The notes under the pieces were generated by a model. That model was not told where the DNA came from, made no database searches, and saw nothing but the letters and a program-made list of their open reading frames with translations. A program made the position numbers and the translations under genes. Below are positions 7,806 to 13,970 of a stretch of DNA of 32,000 nt, in pieces. How positions within the stretch are numbered: the first letter of the stretch is position 1; each line of letters opens with the position of its first letter. The stretch is from a virus. The stretch covers positions 50,333 through 82,332 of the IMG/VR virus record IMGVR_UViG_3300042090_001664. One strand, given 5' to 3'.

Positions 7806-8408
7806 CTACGCCGTCAGCATGAGGCACTCGACCGCGGCGGGGAGCTCCGCCATCGCCGAGCTCATGTCCTGGAACGTGCCGCCCCCGGCCTCAGCGAGCC
7901 GCCGGAGCGCCGCGACGGCGCGGAGGTCGCGCGGGTTGCCAACGAAGATGCAGTCGAGCACGCCGGGAAGGCTGGCGACCGCGTCGAGACAGTCGTCGAT
8001 CTGGTCGACCTCGCCGTCGCAGATAAGGACGGTGCGCGCCGGGCGCGTCGTGGCCGCGTGACGGATGGCCTTGTGGGCCTGGGTCCACCCGCAGTTCCAT
8101 CCGGCGGTGACACCGGGCTCCGGCAAGCGCTGGCCCTTCAGGACCTCGCGCGTCTCTTCGGCGAAGGCGACCACGCGGGCGAGTCCGCGCAGCGGGTTGA
8201 GCGCCTCGCGCAGGACTTCGAGCCGGCTCTTGCCGTTGATGCCCGACGGGTCCTGCATCGATCCCGAGCAGTCGGCGAGTACGACGACGCCTTCACCGGC
8301 GGTAGCGAGGCGCGCAAGCGTCTCGGCGGTCGTGGTCGCGAGCGCGCCGCTTGCGGCGCTGAACATGTCGGAAAGGTCGGCGGGGACGTGGACGGTGTTG
8401 GTAGTCAT
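7806..8408 (-). CDS. von Willebrand factor A (vWA) domain protein
   Basis: Track ORF trimmed to ATG 8408. Has a beta-strand plus MIDAS-like motif VVVLADCSGSM (DxSxS) and overall vWA-like length and pattern. Confidence 0.8.
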   Translation of the reverse strand: MTTNTVHVPADLSDMFSAASGALATTTAETLARLATAGEGVVVLADCSGSMQDPSGINGKSRLEVLREALNPLRGLARVVAFAEETREVLKGQRLPEPGVTAGWNCGWTQAHKAIRHAATTRPARTVLICDGEVDQIDDCLDAVASLPGVLDCIFVGNPRDLRAVAALRRLAEAGGGTFQDMSSAMAELPAAVECLMLTA

Positions 8409-8435
8409 GGCGGTCTGTTGCTCCTTCAACGCGGC

Positions 8436-8471
8436 GACCCCCGCACGGGGTTACCGTCGGGGGTCGTGCGC
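8436..8471 (-). repeat. Hairpin-GCGCAC junction module, copy 12
   Basis: gaccccc...gggggtc then gtgcgc. Stop at 8473 and gaaggag RBS of 8408. Confidence 0.8.
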
Positions 8472-8472
8472 A

Positions 8473-9288
8473 TCATGCCGCGCGAGCGGCGGCGGAATAG
8501 AGGCGCGCGAGGAACTGCGCCGCGCCGTTCGCGTTTTTGAACGCGACGGGGTCGCCTCCCTGGTCGGGGTGCTTGACCGCGCCCGACCCGATGAGCTTGC
8601 GGAGCGCCTTGCGTACGCCATCTTCCGTGCGCTCGCCCGGGCTCATGCCGAGCACGGACCGCGCGAGGCGTTCGGCCTGGAGCGGGTCAAGCGGCGCAGC
8701 CTTCGGGGGCGGCGGCGGCGCTTGCGGGCGCGGCGGCGGGGTCGCCGCTTGCGGCTGCGGTGCGGGCGACGGTGCGGGTGCGGCCGCTCCGGAGCGCATC
8801 ACGTCGACCGTGGCGCCCGCGTAGTGCGTCGCGACCGCGCGGAGCACGGCATGCTCCTCCGCGATGGGGAAATCCCAAACCGCCGGCGCGGCCTTCGTCG
8901 CGCGGTGGAAACGGTGCCCGATGATCGTGTGGTACGCGGCGACCGCGCCCGGGTTGTACGGGCCGCAGACACCGATCCGGCCGTGCGCGTCGTCGCAGAA
9001 TACGTCTACCTCCGTCGAGGCGTCGTACGTGGTCGGCGCGGCCGCTTGCGCGGGCGGCGCGGCGCGGCGCGTGCGGCGAGGCGCGCTCGCAGGCTTCGAG
9101 CCCGAAAACTCGCACAGAGTGATCCGCGCGCCCGTCGCCTTGTCGGCACCGGACCACAGAACGGCGGTGACCTGCTCGGCCGAGCGGTCGCCCTTGGCGG
9201 TGACCGCGGTCACGAGGTCGCCGGGCGAGGCGTCGCCCTCGACGCGCAGGCACCAAACTCCGCGGTAGCGTGAAAACGTGGCTTGCAT
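8473..9288 (-). CDS. J-domain (DnaJ-like) containing protein
   Basis: Real start is ATG 9288 (gggag RBS) within track ORF 8473..9498. A Pro-rich linker leads to a C-terminal J-domain-like segment, SVLGMSPGERTEDGVRKALRKLIGSGAVKHPDQGGD, with the HPD tripeptide. Confidence 0.75.
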   Translation of the reverse strand: MQATFSRYRGVWCLRVEGDASPGDLVTAVTAKGDRSAEQVTAVLWSGADKATGARITLCEFSGSKPASAPRRTRRAAPPAQAAAPTTYDASTEVDVFCDDAHGRIGVCGPYNPGAVAAYHTIIGHRFHRATKAAPAVWDFPIAEEHAVLRAVATHYAGATVDVMRSGAAAPAPSPAPQPQAATPPPRPQAPPPPPKAAPLDPLQAERLARSVLGMSPGERTEDGVRKALRKLIGSGAVKHPDQGGDPVAFKNANGAAQFLARLYSAAARAA

Positions 9289-9309
9289 GGTAGCTCCCTT
9301 CAACGGCGC

Positions 9310-9345
9310 GACCCCCGCGAGGCGAGGGCCTCCGGGGGTGTGCGC
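9310..9345 (-). repeat. Hairpin-GCGCAC junction module, copy 13
   Basis: gaccccc...gggggt then gtgcgc. The stop at 9345 overlaps the motif. gaagggag RBS of 9288. Confidence 0.8.
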
Positions 9346-9554
9346 TAGATGCGTGGAAAGCGGCGTGGCGCCGTGCGGGGCGTGCACTCCGCGGCGCGAA
9401 GGTCCGCGGCGAGCGCGGCGTCGCGCTGCGCGCACGCCTCCGGGCTCATGTCGAGCCGCGCGCGCCGCGGAAAGAGCTCCTCGAGCGGGCGGGACCATGC
9501 GGGCGTGTTGGGTCGGTTCGGGCGAGCTCCGCCCGCGTCAGGGTGCGCCCTCAC
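9345..9554 (-). CDS. Possible small hypothetical protein (69 aa)
   Basis: GTG at 9554 overlaps the upstream TGA (GTGA); tail of track ORF 9345..9818. GC3 is only moderately high. An alternative internal ATG (MSPEACAQRD...) is possible. Confidence 0.35.
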   Translation of the reverse strand: MRAHPDAGGARPNRPNTPAWSRPLEELFPRRARLDMSPEACAQRDAALAADLRAAECTPRTAPRRFPRI

Positions 9555-9712
9555 GCGCGCACCGTCTTGGCGGCCGCGCCGCGTCCCTTGACGATCGCCG
9601 GGCCGCTGTGGATCTGCTTCGCGGCGCGCTTCGGGCCGCGGTAATCGATCGGGGTGGAGCCTCGCGCGTAGCGGGCCGCGTCGGTCTTGTAGCTCGTCCG
9701 GATGTCTTGCAT
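9551..9712 (-). CDS. Small basic protein (53 aa), first gene of the leftward operon
   Basis: ATG at 9712 with an aggagg RBS. Sequence MQDIRTSYKTDAARYARGSTPIDYRGPKRAAKQIHSGPAIVKGRGAAAKTVRA has very high GC3. Too short to appear in the ORF track. Confidence 0.5.
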   Translation of the reverse strand: MQDIRTSYKTDAARYARGSTPIDYRGPKRAAKQIHSGPAIVKGRGAAAKTVRA

Positions 9713-9737
9713 GGCGTCTAGCCTCCTGAAAAGCGAA

Positions 9738-9772
9738 GCCCCCGCGGTCCGAAGGACCCGGGGGCGTTGCGC
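9738..9772 (-). repeat. Hairpin junction module, copy 14 (variant GCGCAA), in the 5' leader of the first operon gene
   Basis: gcccccg c ggtcc-gaa-ggacc cgggggc then gttgcgc. On the - strand it is followed by ttcgcttttc aggagg ... ATG 9712. No gene lies upstream. Confidence 0.7.
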
Positions 9773-10222
9773 TGGTGTTGCCGGGGTGGTGCCTCGCGCG
9801 CCGTTGTCGTGGCGACATGCGAGGGGCCGGCGGAGCCGTTTTTAGCGGCCGTCGCTCCCTTGCGAAGGGAGCATCCTAGGGGGTAGCGTATGAGCCGGGC
9901 CTAGGGTTGGACTCTCATCGGTTGGGCCGTCCCTTCCGAAGCCGAGGGGAGCGCCCCCCGTCAAGCCTCATGGGTCCGAATCGCGCTTTCGCGCGTCGAC
10001 GGGATCAACTGCTCCCGTTCGGACGATGTTAGAGATCGTGTGTCGAAGCACCGTAACTCCCGGCCTAGTGGCTCGCGACTGACCGCCCGGCCGAACCGGG
10101 TTGCGCGTTGGGAACTGTGTGCGTTGCGCGTCAAGCGCGCGGCCTCGTGCTCGCGGTGCGCGGGGGCACCTGGTCGCCGACGGGGTGAGCCGTAAGCGTT
10201 GCCGATCGCCGGTTCGACGTGC

Positions 10223-10249
10223 CTTATCCGGCCCTGAGCCGTTGCGCGT
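10223..10249 (+). repeat. 27-nt perfect direct repeat, copy 1 (cttatccggccctgagccgttgcgcgt)
   Basis: Identical to 10364-10390; copies start 141 nt apart. Ends in the recurring GTTGCGCGT motif. Confidence 0.9.
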
Positions 10250-10363
10250 CGTAGCTCTCCCTCGCTCCCGGTTACCCCGCGCTTCCCTTCACCGGGCCCG
10301 CGGCTCTCCGTTCGCTCCCGCATTTCGCTCCGTCTTACTGACCCTCCCCGCTTGACCCCGCGA

Positions 10364-10390
10364 CTTATCCGGCCCTGAGCCGTTGCGCGT
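10364..10390 (+). repeat. 27-nt perfect direct repeat, copy 2
   Basis: Identical to 10223-10249. Confidence 0.9.
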
Positions 10391-11196
10391 GAAGGTCGGG
10401 CGCCTTGCGGCGTCCTTCGGTATCGGGCTTTCGACGTTGCCCCGTAAGGGCGGCAAGCGTGCGTTTCGGGACTCACTACCTAGGAACCTGAGCGGTCCTC
10501 GCAGTCAGTCTATGTGCTCCCCTGTCAGCGGTCGGGGCCGTCCGTCCGGCGTTGCGTTGCCCGGCGACTAACCCCTAGAGCAGGCGCCGTGCCTAACCTC
10601 TGCTGACCTGTATTCGGGTACTTAGGACCGTTCCCGGACGTGTGGATTGCATCCGTGGAATCCGGCCGTTTCGGTTGTGCAAGGCGTCCCGTGAAACACC
10701 CGACCCCGAAAACGTCGCGAATCTAGCGTTGTCTCGCTGCGTCAGCGGCAATCGACGGCGCGTCATCCGAATTTGTGGGCCTTATGTTTCCCGTCGGTTT
10801 TCACTTCTGAACGACGGATCGGGCTCCGGAGGCTCGAAAGTGTTTCACGGGGTGCCCCGCTGGCATCCCCCCGGACGGGTGCCCCGCGGGGCCCCCTCGC
10901 CCCGTAGCGGCGCCCGGGCGCACTCTGGCGCCTTCCGGCCGTTCCCCTGGCGCGAAGGCCTTCCGCGCGCCCCGGGGCGCGCGCCTTGTCAGATCCTGGC
11001 GTCCGGGCGCGTCGTTCCCCCGATGGCACCGGGGCGAGCGTTCACGCGGAGCGCTCGCGCGACCGCGCGCGCTGTCGCCCCTGACGCGCGGCGAGCTCGG
11101 CTCGAGCTCCTCGAGCGCTCGACGCCACCCGTCTCCTCGCGGTAGGCTGCGCTCGGACGACGAGCACGCGCCGCGGGCGCGGGAGGGACGACACCG

Positions 11197-11889
11197 ATGC
11201 CGACGTACGAGCTCCAGAAGGACGACCCGAGCCACACAGGGGAAGCGCTGCGGCTCCGCGACGAGCGGAGCCACGACGTGGCGCACATCCTCGGCGAGAC
11301 CGACCCGGTCGTGGTGAAGACGCTCGGCTGGCTGCTCCAGCAGCTCGGGGCGGCGGAGGTCTCGATCCTGGTCGCCGAGGCGCTGGAGCTCGAGGCCGCG
11401 GGCGGGGTATGGGTGGTCGCCACGCAGGCGCGGCGCTCGCTCGGTGGCGTGTTCTTCGCGCTGGTGAAGATGCGGGCGACGCGCGCGTTCAACGCGGCGC
11501 TGTTCCGGCGCCAGCAGCGGGAGGTGGCCCGCGGCTCGGAGAAGGCTCTCGCAGCGGGTGAAGCGGCGCTAGGCGACGCGGTCTCGGCGCTGACGCCCAA
11601 GGGCGAGGAGAACGCATGGCAGCTCGCGAACGCGGCGAAGTTCTGCGCCGCGCGGGCGAAGGCGACCGACGCCTGGAAGGCCAGGGGCACCGGCGGCGGA
11701 CCGTGGGAGCCGAGGAGCATCCAGTGTCCGACCTGCGGGGCGCGCGTTGGGGAGCCGTGCTCGGCGACGGTCACGCTGCACACGCGCCTCGACCCGAGGT
11801 GCCAGCCGCGCGGGAAGGCGCCGCCTCCACCGAGACCGCCGCCCGCGCCGGAGCCCGAGGTGCTCGTGCGGCGCCGGAGGCCCTCGTGA
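11197..11889 (+). CDS. PHAX-like RNA-binding (RNA_GG_bind) domain protein with C-terminal zinc ribbon
   Basis: Track ORF with a gggagggacgacacc RBS. The segment VAHILGETDPVVVKTLGWLLQQLGAAEVSILVAEALELEAAGGVWVVATQARRSLGGVFFALVK aligns by eye to the PHAX RNA-binding domain (...NGGLFIMNGSRRRTPGGVFLNLLK). The C-terminus has CPTCGARVGEPC. Confidence 0.7.
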   Translation: MPTYELQKDDPSHTGEALRLRDERSHDVAHILGETDPVVVKTLGWLLQQLGAAEVSILVAEALELEAAGGVWVVATQARRSLGGVFFALVKMRATRAFNAALFRRQQREVARGSEKALAAGEAALGDAVSALTPKGEENAWQLANAAKFCAARAKATDAWKARGTGGGPWEPRSIQCPTCGARVGEPCSATVTLHTRLDPRCQPRGKAPPPPRPPPAPEPEVLVRRRRPS

Positions 11890-12146
11890 AGGCGCTGCTG
11901 CGCGCGAGGGATGTTCAGGTCTTGGAGGTGGCCGAGGTCGTCGGCCACGTCGACGCATTCCTCCGCTACCGGCAAGACACGGACCGCGTGCGGGCCGAGG
12001 ATGCCCTCATGCGCCTTCGGTACGCGGCCTCAGACGCTGGATACACGGAGCTTGAGCACGACGTTCTCGACGTCCTTGACGCCATCAAGCGCGAAGAATG
12101 GGGATGGGTGGAGCACTACAAGCGAAGGATCGAGGCGTCGCGATGA
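11886..12146 (+). CDS. Hypothetical protein (86 aa)
   Basis: GTG at 11886 overlaps the upstream TGA (GTGA); tail of track ORF 11616..12146. Natural composition. Confidence 0.6.
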   Translation: MKALLRARDVQVLEVAEVVGHVDAFLRYRQDTDRVRAEDALMRLRYAASDAGYTELEHDVLDVLDAIKREEWGWVEHYKRRIEASR

Positions 12147-12718
12147 AGCAGGCGGACCTCTTCGCACCAGGGCCGAGGCCGACGCCGAACGCCTGGGCGG
12201 TCTTCTCGAGCGAGACGCCGCCGGTGTACCGCTACTTGCTCGGCCGCCGCATCGCGCCCACCGGCCCGCACGGGCTGGTCGTGATGGTGAACCCCTCGAC
12301 GGCGGGTGCGTACCGGCCGGACGGTCGCGAGGACAACGACCCGACCGTGACCAACCTGAAGGCGCGCGCCGCGTGCTGGGGCTGGGGCTCGTTCGAAGTG
12401 GCGAACCTGTTCGCGCTGATCTCGAGCGACCCGAAGGCGCTCCGCGACCCGCGCCTCGTCCGGGAGGTCCTCCACAACGACCTCGTGCTCGGCGAAGCCA
12501 TCGGGCGCGCGGAGGTGCTCGTCGCTGCCTGGGGGAACGCCGGCGCCGCCTTCCCCGCGCGGGTCGACGCGGTCCTCACCAAGATGCTCGCGCGCGCCGA
12601 CGTGCACTGCCTCGGCCGCTGCGCCGGCGGCGCCCCGACGCACCCGCTCGCTCGAGGCCTCCACCTCGTGCACGATGCGACCCCGCTCCAGCTCTTCTCG
12701 CTCGCGCCGCGCGGCTGA
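12143..12718 (+). CDS. DUF1643 family protein
   Basis: ATG at 12143 (ATGA overlap) within track ORF 12098..12718. Pattern VVMVNPSTAG...DDPTVTNLKARAACWGWGSFEVANLFALISSDPKAL...AWGN...HCLG...THPL matches the DUF1643 signature. Confidence 0.85.
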   Translation: MKQADLFAPGPRPTPNAWAVFSSETPPVYRYLLGRRIAPTGPHGLVVMVNPSTAGAYRPDGREDNDPTVTNLKARAACWGWGSFEVANLFALISSDPKALRDPRLVREVLHNDLVLGEAIGRAEVLVAAWGNAGAAFPARVDAVLTKMLARADVHCLGRCAGGAPTHPLARGLHLVHDATPLQLFSLAPRG

Positions 12719-12818
12719 TTCGCCGCTCCTAGCGAGGTCCGCTCGACGTGGATCTTGACCCGCGCGGCAGCGCTGGCGTACCGTCTCCCTTCCGCCACCG
12801 AGGCACCAACCGCACAAA

Positions 12819-13970
12819 ATGGCGAAGCGCCGAAGGCTCACTTTCCAGGGAAAGCCGACGGCGCTTCAGGAGTACGGCGAGCATGGTCCAGGATACGAGC
12901 GCCAGAGTCAAGCGTCCCCGCACGAGGGACCGCTGATGGTCAGGCAACGGATTCAAGCCGAGGCCGGCAGTCTCGAGGCGATTGGCGAAGCCATCCGCGC
13001 CGCCCACGCTAAACTCGGCGACGTGGGGGCCCCGGCGATCTGGGGCATGATCGAGACGTCGGTTGTGGCAACGGGTCTAGCCGCCCTGCGGATGGCATCT
13101 CGCGCGCCAGGAATCCAGCCGGACGAGACGGCGATCGTGCCCGACGACCTTCGCGCGAAACGCGCCGAGGCTGGGCGCCGCGGTGGGCTAGCAAGGGCAA
13201 GCAAAGCAGGCAAGTTGCTTCAAGCAAACCAAGCAAACTTGCTTCAAGCAAACCAAGCAAACTTGCTTGCTTTGCCAGCCGCCGACTCTTCTCACGTGCG
13301 CGTGCCTGCGTCAGATCCCTCTGGATCTTCTCCTGGGACGTCTCCCGGATCTCAAGACCAGAAACCTCATGCTGTCTTGGAGGGGGGTGCAGGGGGGAAC
13401 CTTCCGGCGGCTCCCCGATCGGAGCCTCCGGCTCCGAAGGATGGTCCGGTGACATCGAGGTCGGCGGAGGTGTTCCGGCTCACGTCACCGGAACCCACGA
13501 AGCCACCCTCGAAGCCGAGCCGTCGAGCCGAGGCGGTCGAGGTCGTCGAGCACTGGCAAGCGGCGAGCTACCACGGACGCCGGCCCCTGCTGACCGACGA
13601 ACGGGTCAAGCTGGTCGAGAAGCTCCTCGCCAAAGGGCTCACGGTCGCCGACTGCAAGGCGGCCGTCGACGGTGCCGAGCACGATGACTGGATCATGGGA
13701 CGCGACCCACGAACCAGCGGCAAGCGGTGGACGGGCATCGAGACGATCCTGAAAAACGTCGAGCAGGTCGAGAAACTGCGTGACCTCGCGGACGGCGGAG
13801 CTATCAACGCCAGCCTCGAGCGAAAGCCGTGGCCGTTTCACATCGAGCTTGTTCCCGGAGCTCCGACGACGGGGGACGAGATCCATCGACTCGCGCAGCG
13901 CGTGTTCTCGCCAGAGGCGAGCGTGATTCGCGCGACACGTGACGTCGAACACCTGGAGGCGCACCGATGA
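12819..13970 (+). CDS. Replication-initiator-like protein (conserved phage C-terminal domain, Phg_2220_C-like) with internal repeat array
   Basis: Track ORF. The C-terminal RRPLLTDERVKLVEKLLAKGLTVADCKAAVDGAEHDDWIMGRDPRTSGKRWTGIETIL matches the phage replication-protein C-terminal pattern. Sits immediately upstream of, and is translationally coupled to, the DnaB-type helicase. The start is uncertain (ATG 12819 or ATG 12936). Confidence 0.7.
   Translation: MAKRRRLTFQGKPTALQEYGEHGPGYERQSQASPHEGPLMVRQRIQAEAGSLEAIGEAIRAAHAKLGDVGAPAIWGMIETSVVATGLAALRMASRAPGIQPDETAIVPDDLRAKRAEAGRRGGLARASKAGKLLQANQANLLQANQANLLALPAADSSHVRVPASDPSGSSPGTSPGSQDQKPHAVLEGGAGGNLPAAPRSEPPAPKDGPVTSRSAEVFRLTSPEPTKPPSKPSRRAEAVEVVEHWQAASYHGRRPLLTDERVKLVEKLLAKGLTVADCKAAVDGAEHDDWIMGRDPRTSGKRWTGIETILKNVEQVEKLRDLADGGAINASLERKPWPFHIELVPGAPTTGDEIHRLAQRVFSPEASVIRATRDVEHLEAHR
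13189..13276. repeat. AAGCAA/TTGCTT hexamer array (ori-like iterons), including a 24-nt unit x2.25
   Basis: About 11 AAGCAA/TTGCTT hexamers in both orientations lie within ~88 nt. Exact 24-nt tandem copies occur at 13215-13238 and 13239-13262 (encoding LLQANQAN twice). It is a local AT-rich island inside the initiator-like gene. Confidence 0.7.

Larger units (their letters stand above)
9773..11196. other. About 1.4-kb ORF-free, repeat- and hairpin-rich hub between the divergent operons (candidate control region and/or structured ncRNA)
   Basis: Only Arg/Pro-rich, repeat-derived ORFs are present (9961..10476 -, 10642..11145 +). Locally lower GC. Contains a 27-nt perfect direct repeat, GTTGCGCGT motifs, a CT-rich tract, inverted repeats and several tetraloop hairpins (e.g. 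ctccctt-GCGA-aagggag at 9855-9871). Confidence 0.7.

Noticed and set aside
6948-8540. A 530-aa + strand ORF. Similar long Arg/Ala/Gly-rich ORFs include 3124..3894 +, 10989..11975 -, 15636..16316 -, 20616..21581 - and 28403..29524 -.
   Set aside because: These are typical antisense or off-frame open frames of very GC-rich DNA. Their composition is Arg/Pro/Gly/Ala-dominated and not protein-like. They overlap better-supported genes on the other strand or frame, and they lack an RBS.
10187-10215. Group II intron domain V-like motif GAGCCGtaagcgttgccgatcgcCGGTTC
   Set aside because: The lower helix and AGC triad fit. However, the upper helix and GNRA tetraloop do not form, no GUGYG 5' end lies at an appropriate distance, and there are no recognisable domains I-IV/VI or a reverse transcriptase ORF. 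Probably a chance match.
10223-10390. Possible CRISPR-like repeat-spacer unit
   Set aside because: There are only two repeat copies with a 114-nt spacer-like interval, no further repeats, and no cas genes in the window.
9961-10476. A 171-aa - strand ORF inside the non-coding hub, containing RATAQGRI twice
   Set aside because: The repeated peptide is just the translated 27-nt DNA direct repeat. Composition is Arg/Gly/Ser/Thr-rich with poor GC3 bias, and there is no RBS. Treated as non-coding.
10642-11145. A 167-aa + strand ORF in the hub
   Set aside because: It is Arg/Pro/Gly-rich, spans the operator-like repeats, and has no RBS or codon bias typical of the neighbouring genes.
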